A DNA stretch of 64,000 bases from assembly GCA_963753975.1 (NCBI GenBank), contig CAVWEH010000002.1, positions 352,001-416,000 on the forward strand, read 5' to 3'. The first letter of the stretch is position 1, and every line of letters starts with the position of its first letter. Origin of the DNA: an uncultured delta proteobacterium. Its GTDB lineage: Bacteria > Desulfobacterota > Syntrophia > Syntrophales > Smithellaceae. This document shows positions 21,355 through 32,172 of the stretch, piece by piece. The position numbers and the translations under genes were made by a program. Below the pieces are notes generated by a model. It saw only the letters and a list, made by a program, of their open reading frames with translations. It had not been told where the DNA came from and did no database searches.

Positions 21355-21543
21355 ATGGCCAATATAATGCCGGAAGGAGAAAATATAAAAAAGGCAATCA
21401 AATGGATATCCGGTAGCCTAGAAGAAAAGGACAATCAGCCTTTACCGATTCTCATCGAAAAAGCCGTCTTCAAATTCGACCTGTCTCCAAAAGATGCGGA
21501 TTTTTTAACGGGCTTCTTCGGCAAACGCAAAGCAGAAAAGTAG
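21355..21543 (+). CDS. Small conserved hypothetical protein
   Basis: 62 aa, AGGAGG upstream, KKAIKWIS...FDLSPKDADFL. Confidence 0.65.
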   Translation: MANIMPEGENIKKAIKWISGSLEEKDNQPLPILIEKAVFKFDLSPKDADFLTGFFGKRKAEK

Positions 21544-21554
21544 TTGTAAAATAA

Positions 21555-22639
21555 TTATAACTTAAAGTCTGCCAGATCAACCTGATCAATTTTATCGGGT
21601 CTCCAGCGGGGCTTATCATCCCTATCGAGAAGTCTCGCTCTTACGCCTTCGAGGTAATCACTGATGACTTTGTTAAAAAACCGGCCGCTTTCAGGTCGGC
21701 AGCAAATACCTCCGGCAATGGTCTCCCTTCATTGTGCCGCAGTAATTTCAAGGTTAAAACAAGCGCCGTCGGGGATCTCTCGGCAATGCTGGCAAAGACT
21801 CCATCGCATAGTTTCTGCTGCTCGTCGCATTTAGTTAAAGAAGCTAAAATATCTTTTAAATCAGCTTTCCCCGCAAAATATTTTGCCACCCAATCATCCA
21901 TATCTTTATTGGCGGGAACATTAAAATCTATAAATTTTGATATTTTCCCGACAATTTCTTGTTTTAAAATATCTTTATTTAATTTTTCTCCTGCATCAAA
22001 TTTTTCCAAAGTTTCTATTAACTCCGGAATATTTCTAGAGTTCATAAAGTGCGTAGCCAAGCCCAGGCGAATACATTCCATCCCGGACATGTCATAACCG
22101 GTGAGACCAAGGTATTCCGGATAGCCCCTGGGGCATTTTGAAAACAGCCAGCCCGTAGCGCCCACGTCCGGGAAAAAGCCTATTTTTGTTTCCGGCATGG
22201 CCATTCGTGTTCTTTCGGTAGCAACGACGACACTTGCGCCCGCCGCAATACCCAGGCCGCCACCCATAGTTATGCCGTCCGCAATGACGACAATTGGTTT
22301 CGGTGAATTGTGAATCATCAGATCGAGAGCATATTCCTTTTTAAAAAATAAATTCACTTCGCCGTACGCCTTATTTTTGACGTTTTTTGTTAATTCCTTG
22401 ATGTCTCCTCCGGCACAAAATCCTCTGCCGCCGCTGCCGTAGAAAAGAATAAAATTACACTTTTTATTGGCAAACTCGTTTTTCAAATAAGCCGCAATAA
22501 CATCAATCATTTTTACATTGAGGCTATTTAATGTATCCGGACGATTAAGGATTATCGATATCATGGATTTGGTGCGACGTGAAATTACCGGCGATAATTT
22601 TTGATTTTCCGTAATTTTTTTGGATTCACCTAAAAGCAT
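21555..22639 (-). CDS. Enoyl-CoA hydratase/3-hydroxyisobutyryl-CoA hydrolase family, frameshift near 21665
   Basis: FCAGGDI, GITMGGG, AMPETKIGFFPDVGA; tail DYLEGVRARLLDRDDKPRW lies in another frame. Confidence 0.88.
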
Positions 22640-22672
22640 TTATCTCAATATCGCTAAACGACAAAATGTTTA

Positions 22673-23113
22673 TTATTCGATCTTGGCCATTTCCTCATAA
22701 ATCTTTAACTCTATTATATCAAACAAATCAGTATATTGCTGTTTATTTAAAAGCCGCCGCATCTCCCAGCCCTTTTCGGTTTTCTTCTCTGCTATAACGG
22801 AAAGAAACACTTCACATTCTTTCCAGTTGAGTTTCTTGACATAAGCGCTGCTTCTTATACGCCAATCACCTTTCGTGATAAAATCCGTTTCTACCGTTTC
22901 TTTTTCCTTATTGATCGTAACATTAATACCCATATCATCTTTATCCCTGAAAACACCGGCAATCGCTCGAAGAACAAATTTTTCCTTCGCTTCAAATGTG
23001 TGCCTGTACTCGTCGGGTCGGGAAATAACAACCTGGCCGATCTCCGGACCGCAAGATACCGAATTAATAACATGGAAAATAATTACTAGAAGAAGGACTC
23101 TGCGCCAAACCAT
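22673..23113 (-). CDS. Putative lipoprotein
   Basis: MVWRR plus hydrophobic stretch ending SVSC (lipobox-like); start codon uncertain. Confidence 0.55.
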   Translation of the reverse strand: MVWRRVLLLVIIFHVINSVSCGPEIGQVVISRPDEYRHTFEAKEKFVLRAIAGVFRDKDDMGINVTINKEKETVETDFITKGDWRIRSSAYVKKLNWKECEVFLSVIAEKKTEKGWEMRRLLNKQQYTDLFDIIELKIYEEMAKIE

Positions 23114-23141
23114 AACATTTGCCTCATGATGTTCCATCGCG

Positions 23142-23717
23142 CTATTTTTTATTTCCATTTACCCACCAGTCGCTTTTTTCCCTAAACCACCAATTAGAAG
23201 AATCCGTTTTTATAATTTCCCCGGCGAGTTTTTTTGCCTCTTTTGTGTTGAGCCTGCGCCTTGCATATTTTATCCACTCATCTGCATATTTATTGCCTAA
23301 ATCACCGTATTCCTTTAGCTGTAAGATAAGAGCAATCTGATCCGCGTCCAAGGCAATCAACGCTTCTTTCGTTTCTTTCCGGTTAAATTCATCAATTATC
23401 TCTTTAATATCGCTGCCGAAAAAAAGGCCTGCGGTCAATTCCCGCACAGCTTTTTCCTCATCGACTTCAACATATTTTTTATTGACATAATTCATATCGC
23501 CTGTGCGGGCTTCCGGCAAATCGTGAAACAAACACATTTTCAATACGCGCAACTCATCGAGCGATTTGTCCATTTTACAAAGACTGTAGCCGACAAATAT
23601 AGTGCGCAAAATATGCTCCGCCACCGATTCTCTGCCGCTGCCCAGGAATTGACAACCGCTGCGCGGCGTCCTATTAAGCATCCCTACTTCAAACAAAAAA
23701 TTCGCAATATTGTCCAT
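23142..23717 (-). CDS. HD-domain phosphohydrolase (YfbR/HDDC2-like)
   Basis: RSG, ESVAEH, HDLPEARTGD, DAD motifs. Confidence 0.88.
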   Translation of the reverse strand: MDNIANFLFEVGMLNRTPRSGCQFLGSGRESVAEHILRTIFVGYSLCKMDKSLDELRVLKMCLFHDLPEARTGDMNYVNKKYVEVDEEKAVRELTAGLFFGSDIKEIIDEFNRKETKEALIALDADQIALILQLKEYGDLGNKYADEWIKYARRRLNTKEAKKLAGEIIKTDSSNWWFREKSDWWVNGNKK

Positions 23718-23718
23718 T

Positions 23719-23937
23719 TTAGTCCTTCTTCAATATTTTTATTCTGTTGGCCATCATTTCCGCTGTCTTTTTTATCTGTATCTGCAGCGAAGCAATGCTC
23801 TCCGGCCTCATAGCGGCGATCTTATCCAGTTGCGTTTTCCAATGTTCCAAAAGAGCGATTTCATTTTCTTTAATTTTTTTTTCAAAACGTTCCTGATACT
23901 CTTTAATGAATTCATTGGATGAGTCCATTGACGTCAT
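23719..23937 (-). CDS. Small helical hypothetical protein
   Basis: 72 aa, GGAGG RBS, tightly packed with the HD gene. Confidence 0.65.
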   Translation of the reverse strand: MTSMDSSNEFIKEYQERFEKKIKENEIALLEHWKTQLDKIAAMRPESIASLQIQIKKTAEMMANRIKILKKD

Positions 23938-24084
23938 TGCTTATCCTCCCTTTTTTAAAACTGGGGCATTATATCATTGAAGGTTCATCTTGCAACAAGC
24001 AATTTATAAAATGAAGATTTGACACTGGCGGTCAAATACTATAAAAAGGCTCCACAAAATTTATGAAAACATGGATGAATAAAT

Positions 24085-24954
24085 ATGCCTGATAAACCTA
24101 ATCCCGAGGATATAGCCGGCGGACAAGCTCTAATCGAAGGCGTCATGATGCGACACGGCAATAAAATTGCCGCCGCGGTGAGAAGACCGGATAAAAAAAT
24201 TGTTTTTCAGGAACGCGATTATATCCCCCTGACCAAACGGCACAAATTATTAGGATTGATGTTTATCCGCGGAACGATCACCTTATTCGAAATGATGATC
24301 ATCGGAATAAAATGTCTGATGTTCTCGGCGGAAGTCGCCTTGTCCGAGGAAGAAAGAAAACCAAAAAGCTGGGAAATATCCCTTTCTTTCATTATCAGCT
24401 TCACTATCGCGATTTTTTTCTTTATTGTCGTTCCAGCTTTCTTCTTTACGAAGATAAAATATTTTGTTTCGAATTTAATTCTACTGAACCTTCTGGAGGG
24501 TTGTGTCCGATTGGGAATTTTTCTGCTTTTCCTTTTTTCCACCCTCTTGATGGAAGATATGCGCCGCGTTTTCATGTATCACGGAGCGGAGCACAAAACC
24601 GTCTTTGCCTGGGAACATGGCCGGGAATTGACTCTCGAAAATGTAAAAGATTTTTCCACTCGTCATCCGCGCTGCGGAACAAGCTTTATTCTGTTCGTAA
24701 TGATAGTGTCCATTCTGGTTTTTTCCTTGCTGGGACGTCCGGATTTTTTACATAGAGTTATCTATAAAATTTTGCTTCTTCCCGTTGTTGCCGGTATTTC
24801 TTATGAAGCTATCCGCTTTACCGGGAAAAACAGTCACTGGAAATGGGTGCAATTGCTGAGTTGGCCCGGGCTAATGCTGCAAAAGATTACCACCCGGGAA
24901 CCATCCGATGACCAGATTGAAGTCGCCATCGCTGCAATGAAAAAAGTAATTTGA
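24085..24954 (+). CDS. DUF1385 family membrane protein
   Basis: GGQALIEGVMM, YHGAEHK, HPRCGTSF, TTREP motifs. Confidence 0.9.
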   Translation: MPDKPNPEDIAGGQALIEGVMMRHGNKIAAAVRRPDKKIVFQERDYIPLTKRHKLLGLMFIRGTITLFEMMIIGIKCLMFSAEVALSEEERKPKSWEISLSFIISFTIAIFFFIVVPAFFFTKIKYFVSNLILLNLLEGCVRLGIFLLFLFSTLLMEDMRRVFMYHGAEHKTVFAWEHGRELTLENVKDFSTRHPRCGTSFILFVMIVSILVFSLLGRPDFLHRVIYKILLLPVVAGISYEAIRFTGKNSHWKWVQLLSWPGLMLQKITTREPSDDQIEVAIAAMKKVI

Positions 24955-25142
24955 AACCGGCACAAACTCATCAAAATCGAATTTCCCTTATCCAAAATTG
25001 ACTTTTAATCTTCATTGTCACACCAATTTCATCAAAAATAACGCCTTATAAGGGTTTGACTTTTATTATTAATTGAAGTATTTTAATACAAAAATATTAT
25101 ACATTTTTTATCTACTCTCTTAATAATCAGGGGGAAAACGTA

Positions 25143-26885
25143 ATGATTAATCAGTTTATTTTATCATTGCTTGTGATTATTTTTTCAACCTTCTTTTCTT
25201 ACCTGCCGGCGGCGGCAAAAGAAGACACGGCGCAAATTACACTAAAAAAAACGGCCATATCTAAAAAAAATACATATACTTACACCGTAAAGAAGGGTGA
25301 TATTCTTTCGGCTCTTGTGAGAAATATTCCCGGCATTACGGAAGAGGACATTGCTGATAATTACCGGGTCATTCAAGAGCTTAATCCTGATATAGCCGAT
25401 CTCAATAAACTCAAGGTGGGGCAATCCCTTATCCTCCCCGGAAAACCTTTCGCATATTCCGAAGAAAAGAAAATGCAAAGCGCAACCGCAGCTCCCGAAA
25501 CTGCAGTCGCTCCTCCCGCCGTTCCTCCGGCGGCTCAGTATGGCAGCGGCCAGTCTTATAGAATAAAAAAAGGTGATACCTTAATTAGAATTATATACCG
25601 CGAACTAAAATTTAAAACTGACACAAAGAAAATACTTAAAATTATTCAGTCAATGAATCCCAATGTTGTTGATGTCAATAAAATTTATGCCGGAGATACC
25701 ATCAAATTGCCATCTAATGCTGTCTTTTTCCAAGCCGTAAACGAAGCTGGTGCTGCCCAAAAGGAAGAAAAAGTAGTTGAAAAAACTACGGAACAGCCCG
25801 GCAAAATAATCGAAATAAAGGAAAAAATGTCCATGCCGCCTGAGGCGCGCCTTGCCGTTCTTAAACATGTCATCACCCGGATGAATGGCTCATTTACTGC
25901 CACGGGTAATTATTACCTCCCTATCCCGAAAACCGGTCAGGTAACGATCGATTGCTCTAAAATGCCGGTGATCGAATTTGACAACAAGATAACCATATTT
26001 CTTGATTTGGAGAACCGCGCACCCGATAATTTAAAAAAGATTATTAATGATAACTGGACTAACTACTATTTAATTAAAGCTGATAAAAAAGATGATGTCA
26101 TTGCAATTCTTAAAAAAGTTTTCGATGCAACCAAAAATTACAGTATGACCAAAAGAGACAAGCCCATGACCATAGGAAATCTTCCCTCTGTAGAACTTTT
26201 TGTCGACTGGGTAATCGTCAAAACCAACGCAAAAGAAGCACAGGCATTAACGCAGGGATTGCGTATAATTTATGAAAATAATTTACTTTTGCCCAAAGCA
26301 GTTAAAAATTATGCACTGAAGAACGGCGTAATCATTACTGAAATCTCCGAAGAATCCGGCCTGGTCGGAAAACCGGAAGAAATCTATTCTCTGCCGCCAA
26401 TGCCTGTATATCCTACCACATCAGCCAAAGATTTTTCTTACGCGCTCGTTTCCAATTTGGGATTTAATGCCGAAAAGGATGTTGACATCAAAATATTCGA
26501 TACCGCGAAAGACGGAGTTAATCTGTCGATTAAAGCCGATGTTCTGGTAAAAGACGGGAACAAAAAATATGTTATTTTTTCCAAAAACCTGACCCAGCAA
26601 TTCATCACCGTATTGAAACAAGCCGGCAATGAGCTTATCTTTGTCGCCGACAATGAAGCTCCGAAAAATATCATGGAAAAGATTTTACGCGCTTTAAATA
26701 TTACTTTTGCTTCCGGCTACTTTACTTTTTCCGGCATCGATAGAAATCAGGCTCCTTATACTATTAGCTTCGGCGGCACGAAAATTAAGACGGATAAAGA
26801 TTTGTACGTTATCGATTTTGACATCGATCAGGAATTGCGCGGTTTGCTCAGTGAGGTATGGTCGGCAAATATTGCCAGATATTGA
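25143..26885 (+). CDS. Exported protein with two LysM domains
   Basis: Signal peptide; YTVKKGDIL...LKVGQSLILP and YRIKKGDTL...IYAGDTIKLP. Confidence 0.8.
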   Translation: MINQFILSLLVIIFSTFFSYLPAAAKEDTAQITLKKTAISKKNTYTYTVKKGDILSALVRNIPGITEEDIADNYRVIQELNPDIADLNKLKVGQSLILPGKPFAYSEEKKMQSATAAPETAVAPPAVPPAAQYGSGQSYRIKKGDTLIRIIYRELKFKTDTKKILKIIQSMNPNVVDVNKIYAGDTIKLPSNAVFFQAVNEAGAAQKEEKVVEKTTEQPGKIIEIKEKMSMPPEARLAVLKHVITRMNGSFTATGNYYLPIPKTGQVTIDCSKMPVIEFDNKITIFLDLENRAPDNLKKIINDNWTNYYLIKADKKDDVIAILKKVFDATKNYSMTKRDKPMTIGNLPSVELFVDWVIVKTNAKEAQALTQGLRIIYENNLLLPKAVKNYALKNGVIITEISEESGLVGKPEEIYSLPPMPVYPTTSAKDFSYALVSNLGFNAEKDVDIKIFDTAKDGVNLSIKADVLVKDGNKKYVIFSKNLTQQFITVLKQAGNELIFVADNEAPKNIMEKILRALNITFASGYFTFSGIDRNQAPYTISFGGTKIKTDKDLYVIDFDIDQELRGLLSEVWSANIARY

Positions 26886-26988
26886 TATTTTTGTTTCTGA
26901 ACAAAAAAGGATTTATTTTTGGCGCTACGGACTTGTTCTCCGTAGCGCATTTTAGTTTATTTTATAGTTGGGACAATGGAATTTCATT

Positions 26989-27969
26989 ATGGTTAAGGCC
27001 ATCGCCCTTTTTTCCGGCGGCTTGGACAGCATATTGGCGGCAGAGTTAATCCGCAGACAAAACATAGATGTTCGCTGCTTGACGTTTACAACGCCATTTT
27101 TTAACGCACGAAAAGCCGAGGTGGCAGCGAAACGAATAGGTCTGCCGCTGATTGTCAAAGACATAACCGGCATTCATCTCCAGATGCTTAAGTCTCCCCG
27201 GTATGGCTACGGCAAAAATATGAATCCCTGCATCGATTGCCATACACTAATGCTGCAAATAGCCGGCAAAAAAATGGACGAGTCGGGCGCCGATTTTATT
27301 CTGACCGGCGAAGTTCTGGGGCAGCGTCCGATGTCGCAGGGACGACAGTCTCTTTATGTTGTAGCTAAAAACTCCGGCTACGCGGACTATATTCTACGCC
27401 CTCTCAGCGCCCAACTCCTCGAACCTATCCCAGCCGAAAAAGACGGCAAGATCGACCGTTCACGATTGCTTGCTTTTCAAGGGCGCAGCCGTAAGAAGCA
27501 AATTCAATTAGCCGCCGATTTTGGCATCAGCGATTACCCGGCGCCTGCCGGCGGCTGCCTCCTTACCGATCAAATGTTTACGATTCGCCTTCTGGATTTA
27601 TTTTCTCATCAGGAGGACCAGCAAACACGCGACATCGAACTATTGAAATACGGCCGCCATTTCCGCATCGGAACCGGGGGCAAAATTATCGTCGGCCGGA
27701 ATAACATCGATAACGTTGAATTGCAGAGGCTTTCCACGGAGAATGATCTCCTGCTTTTTGTCGCTGATTTTCCCGGACCTCATGTTTTGGTGCCTTACGG
27801 CGATAAATCGGTACTACCAACAGCCGCTTCCCTTTGCGTCCGTTACTCTGATGCGCCCGCCGACATTGAAACCAGGGTAATTTGCCAACATGCCAATGCT
27901 TCAACAGTAATCAATGCCAAAGCGGCAACAAAAGAAGATTGCACACGCTGGATTATTCAGTCTTGCTGA
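26989..27969 (+). CDS. PP-loop tRNA sulfurtransferase (ThiI/MnmA-like) with C-terminal DUF814-like domain
   Basis: SGGLDS PP-loop, NPCIDC, TGEVLGQRPMSQ, AGGCLLT, GRHFR...IVGRN. Confidence 0.8.
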   Translation: MVKAIALFSGGLDSILAAELIRRQNIDVRCLTFTTPFFNARKAEVAAKRIGLPLIVKDITGIHLQMLKSPRYGYGKNMNPCIDCHTLMLQIAGKKMDESGADFILTGEVLGQRPMSQGRQSLYVVAKNSGYADYILRPLSAQLLEPIPAEKDGKIDRSRLLAFQGRSRKKQIQLAADFGISDYPAPAGGCLLTDQMFTIRLLDLFSHQEDQQTRDIELLKYGRHFRIGTGGKIIVGRNNIDNVELQRLSTENDLLLFVADFPGPHVLVPYGDKSVLPTAASLCVRYSDAPADIETRVICQHANASTVINAKAATKEDCTRWIIQSC

Positions 27970-29497
27970 TTTTATTGCCGGTTAGATGCTCCGGACGCAA
28001 AAGATCGTCTACAGTCTTTACGGGATTAAAGACGTAAAGAGGAACCTCTACGAAAACAGTGTTCCAGTGAGCCATGCCGCCGTTCCACAGACCCGGAGCT
28101 TCCAGCGCTTTCAGGCGCCGTCCCCTCTCGTTCTTACTAGTAATTAAATAGGCATCCGGATTTACATAATTATCCAGATTAAATTTTTCCCCGCGATAAT
28201 TCTTTATGCAGCAAACCATATCAACCGGATTAAAATATTTTGCCCCCGACCAAATAGCGGTTTGTTTCGGTTTGTCTTTATCAACGTGCCCGATTTCTAC
28301 AATTTGTCGCGTCTGCGTACCATCTTTTTCATTTACCCAGAAGGTGCTGCCGCCGGGCTCTCCTTTATTTTTTACCACTCCGCAGATGCGCAAAGGGCGA
28401 TTTAGAAAAGAAAACAAAATTTGTTTTTTCCGTTTTCCTGATTCCTGCGAAAAATCCGCCGGAAATACAATATTGAGCGTTCGCGAACAGAAAGCAATTA
28501 TTTTCTCTATATGCGCAAGGTTGAGTTCTCCCTTTTCCAGTCTGCTTAAAAAAGTAAATATTTCTTTTTGAGTTTGCAGAGCCAGACCGCCCAGCAATTT
28601 TTTATACGGAAGAATTTTTTCCAGATATCCTTCCGGCACAACATTATCGATGTTTTTTACAAAAATAAAATCGGCGTTAACACTGCTCAAATTTTTAAGC
28701 AGCGCACCATGCCCGCCGGGGCGGAACAAGAGTCTGCCCCTAGTATCTCGTAGCGGTAAATTATTTTCATCAACAGCAATGGTATTGGAGGCCGGTGACT
28801 GTATGGATAAAGTAATCTTATACTTGACAGCGAACAGATTCTCATATTTTCTTTGCAGCGTTTTTATATGTTTTGCCGTAGCTGCCTTGCATTCGGCAGC
28901 CGCCGTGAAATGAACAAAGCTTAAGTTCCCGGTGCTGCGAATATATTTACCTGCTTCGTAAAGATGTTCCTCGAGTGCTGTTCGTGTATTGTCTGAAGAG
29001 TACCGATGGAAAGGAATTAAAGCCTTAGGCAGCTGCCCGAAATTTAAACCATCGGGAAGTAAAATAAATTCCAACAAATTCTTTATGTTCTTTTGATCAA
29101 AAAACTTTTTCCCCTGTCTATTCCGTTCAATCAGAATAGAAAAAGCCAATTTATTTAATTTTCGGAAAAAGAGACGATCGAGGTCAGGGGATCCGAAACT
29201 GCCTTTTTCGCAAGCAGAAAACCATTCGACAAACATACGGCTTGCTGCGCCGGAAGCCGGCACAAACTTTAACAGTTTATATTTTCCGGCATCATTTTCG
29301 TAAAGGGCAATCAGCTTTTTCTTTTGCGCCGGAGTAACGGAGATGATCCCATCTTTAACTGTACAAGGACGGTTCAAATCGAAAAAAGCGGAACCGCGCC
29401 GGTATATATTCAGTTGCTTATCCACGTCCTGCCGACTCAAGCCCAAGGCTTTGATTTGCCGGATATCGTTCTTCGAAAACAAGTTCATCTCTTCCAT
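27953..29497 (-). CDS. DUF4301 family protein (nucleotidyltransferase-like)
   Basis: KFVPASGAASRMF, RPGGHGALL, KNIDNV, FNPVD, PGLWNG, FNPVKTV motifs. Confidence 0.88.
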   Translation of the reverse strand: MEEMNLFSKNDIRQIKALGLSRQDVDKQLNIYRRGSAFFDLNRPCTVKDGIISVTPAQKKKLIALYENDAGKYKLLKFVPASGAASRMFVEWFSACEKGSFGSPDLDRLFFRKLNKLAFSILIERNRQGKKFFDQKNIKNLLEFILLPDGLNFGQLPKALIPFHRYSSDNTRTALEEHLYEAGKYIRSTGNLSFVHFTAAAECKAATAKHIKTLQRKYENLFAVKYKITLSIQSPASNTIAVDENNLPLRDTRGRLLFRPGGHGALLKNLSSVNADFIFVKNIDNVVPEGYLEKILPYKKLLGGLALQTQKEIFTFLSRLEKGELNLAHIEKIIAFCSRTLNIVFPADFSQESGKRKKQILFSFLNRPLRICGVVKNKGEPGGSTFWVNEKDGTQTRQIVEIGHVDKDKPKQTAIWSGAKYFNPVDMVCCIKNYRGEKFNLDNYVNPDAYLITSKNERGRRLKALEAPGLWNGGMAHWNTVFVEVPLYVFNPVKTVDDLLRPEHLTGNKISKTE

Positions 29498-29703
29498 ACA
29501 AATATAATATTTAGTAATTCTGGAATAACATCAAGTTTTAACATTGGCAAGAACAAATGCTCTCGGTGCAACTTATGAACTAAAGTATTGATTGTGTCTG
29601 GACGCAGCAAATCTTTCCTATAGTTAACTTTTATATTGCAATAACTAGACAATTAGCATAATTTTCAACAAATTAAGACAAAAAGTATTAAAGGAGAACC
29701 AAC

Positions 29704-30060
29704 ATGAGAAAATTTCTTTTTTGTTTTTTCTTTGCCTTTCTAATATTGTTTTGCGCAACTTTATTAAATGCCGCGGATGATGGTAAAAAGACTATCGACA
29801 AGAGCTTAACATCTGCCGTCGCCGATGACGCCAAAGAAATCAAAAAAGAATTTCATAAAACAAAAGATGAAACCAAAGAGGCAATTGTGCGCGATGTAAA
29901 AACAATTAAAGAGCAAACGCCTAAGGATGTCAAAGAAGTAAAGACCGAGTTTAAAAGAAAATCGAATGCCGCGAAAACCAACACCAAAGAGGAACTCAAA
30001 GAAATTCGCGAAAGCTTGAAAAAACCGATAAAACCGTCAACTACGCAGCAAAAGAAATAA
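29704..30060 (+). CDS. Secreted K/E-rich helical protein
   Basis: AAGGAG RBS, signal peptide, amphipathic repeats. Confidence 0.7.
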   Translation: MRKFLFCFFFAFLILFCATLLNAADDGKKTIDKSLTSAVADDAKEIKKEFHKTKDETKEAIVRDVKTIKEQTPKDVKEVKTEFKRKSNAAKTNTKEELKEIRESLKKPIKPSTTQQKK

Positions 30061-30286
30061 TCGACTGCTAGCCGGCAATTTCTCATGATTTAGTTCACTA
30101 ATACGACATTTATTCTTCAAATGTAATCGGATTTAAACAAATACTCTCACCCAATTAATATCTTTTCGTATGAATAATTATTATACTACACAGGAGGAAA
30201 AAAGAAAAAATACATAGGGGAAAATCAGGCGGGTTCCGGAATGTCGGGATATTCTTCATTCCCGGTAAGACACTAAAGCGAAGTCT

Positions 30287-31759
30287 TTATTGCCCGGATA
30301 ACTCTTCCGGCGGTAAAATCCTCAGTCTGCTGTGTTTCCGACTATAGAAGAAGTAAATGATTATACCTACCGCCATCCAAACAAAGAGGCGTATCCAAGT
30401 GTCAACCGGCAAAAACGCCATCTGGAGAAGGGTCACGAAAGCGCCGGCTATGGGAACGAACGGAACCCAGGGCGTGCGGAACACGCGCGGAATTTCCGGA
30501 TGACGGTAGCGCAGCACGAGCACGCCTATACATACGATGACAAACGCTAACAGCGTGCCTATGGAAACCAGTTCACCGAGGATATTAATGGGAAAGGTGC
30601 CGGACACCATTACCGCAGTACACCCGGTGAGAATCGTCGGTATGTACGGAGTCTTGAAACGCGGATGCACGCGGGCAAACGCCGCAGGCAGTAAACCGTC
30701 GCGCGCCATGGAAAAAAAGATGCGCGGCTGGGCCATGAGCAGCACGAGCACTACGGAACTCAGGCCGGCAAGGGCACCGATCTTAATGAACGGCCGGAGC
30801 CAAGCAATGCCCGGACCTGCAGCATTGACAGCGACGGCAATGGGATCCGGGACTGCCAGGTTCGTATACTTCATGATGCCGGTAAGCACCCCAGTCATGA
30901 GGATAAAAATGATAGTGCAGATGGCGAGCGAACCTAGAATGCCGATCGGCATGTCGCGCTGAGGCTTGCGCGCTTCCTGAGCCGCGGTTGAAACCGCGTC
31001 AAAACCGATGTAGGCGAAAAAGATCACGCCTGCACCGCGCACCACGCCGCTCCAGCCGAATGATCCGAACTGGCCGGTATTATCGGGCAGAAAGGGCGAC
31101 CAATTGGCAAGTTTGATGAAAAACAAGCCTACGCCGACAAAGAGAACAATAACAATCAGCTTGATAAACACGATGACATTGTTAAACCGTGCCGATTCGC
31201 GGATGCCGATGACCAGGAGTGTGGTCATGAGTCCGACGATAAAAATGGCCGGACAATTCAGAATTGCGCCGGTTGCATGCCAGCCGCCTGTGGCAGAATA
31301 GGCCAGCGGTGCCTGACAGAAAGCCGCCGGGATCTTGATATGAAAATCTTTTAGAAAACTGACCATATATCCCGACCAGCCAACCGCAACTGTTGATGCG
31401 CCGAAAAGGTATTCGAGCACAAGGTCCCAGCCGATGATCCACGCCAGAAATTCACCCAGTGTCGCATAAGCATAAGTATAAGCACTGCCTGAAATCGGGA
31501 TCATGGAAGCGAATTCCGCGTAGCATAGGCCTGCCAGCGCGCACCCGATTGCCGAAAGGACGAACGAAAGCACGATTGCCGGACCGGCGTAAGTTGCCGC
31601 AGCCTGGCCGGACAACACAAAAATTCCTGCGCCGATAATAACGCCTATCCCAAGGCTAATCAGTCCCCAGGGGCCGAGAACCCGTTTCAGCTTATGTTGC
31701 TCGACTTCAGGCTCTTGCATGATAAGTTGCAGTGGTTTTCGCGCAAATAAACATTTCAT
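30287..31759 (-). CDS. APC-family amino acid permease
   Basis: GVIIGAGIF, SGSAYTY, FAYIGFD, QPRIFFSMARDGLLP motifs. Confidence 0.93.
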   Translation of the reverse strand: MKCLFARKPLQLIMQEPEVEQHKLKRVLGPWGLISLGIGVIIGAGIFVLSGQAAATYAGPAIVLSFVLSAIGCALAGLCYAEFASMIPISGSAYTYAYATLGEFLAWIIGWDLVLEYLFGASTVAVGWSGYMVSFLKDFHIKIPAAFCQAPLAYSATGGWHATGAILNCPAIFIVGLMTTLLVIGIRESARFNNVIVFIKLIVIVLFVGVGLFFIKLANWSPFLPDNTGQFGSFGWSGVVRGAGVIFFAYIGFDAVSTAAQEARKPQRDMPIGILGSLAICTIIFILMTGVLTGIMKYTNLAVPDPIAVAVNAAGPGIAWLRPFIKIGALAGLSSVVLVLLMAQPRIFFSMARDGLLPAAFARVHPRFKTPYIPTILTGCTAVMVSGTFPINILGELVSIGTLLAFVIVCIGVLVLRYRHPEIPRVFRTPWVPFVPIAGAFVTLLQMAFLPVDTWIRLFVWMAVGIIIYFFYSRKHSRLRILPPEELSGQ

Positions 31760-32172
31760 AGTTCAATTATTGTCGGATTGATAGGGTATTGTTTTTTCCG
31801 GGTTAACTGTACGTCGGCTCAATACATCTGAATTCAATTTGTTAAGATCGTACATCTTTTATGCTTTCGACGACCTCCTTACATAATAAAGTTTATTTAC
31901 CTCATCGATTTTGATTTAGGTCGTTCAAATATTCGGAAATTGTATAGCAATAGCAATTACATGCTGAAATATTACATATTTATAGAAATTCGTCAATCGA
32001 AGACCTCAGAAAGTATAACTTACAGTCCATTTTTACATCTATTGTCAAAATAACTTCATCCTATGATAAATAAATTATTACCCGCGAGGAAAGATTATTT
32101 TGTGGAAAAATTTGACAAAACTGTCTATTAGCTAATAATGATGGTATCAGTAATTTAGGAGAAAGTCGTCTA

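Noticed and set aside
31760..32172. Riboswitch upstream of the amino acid permease (also checked before metX and the GGDEF gene)
   Set aside because: The sequence is AT-rich with no recognisable T-box, SAM, lysine, glycine or c-di-GMP consensus. An Rfam scan would be needed to exclude one fully.
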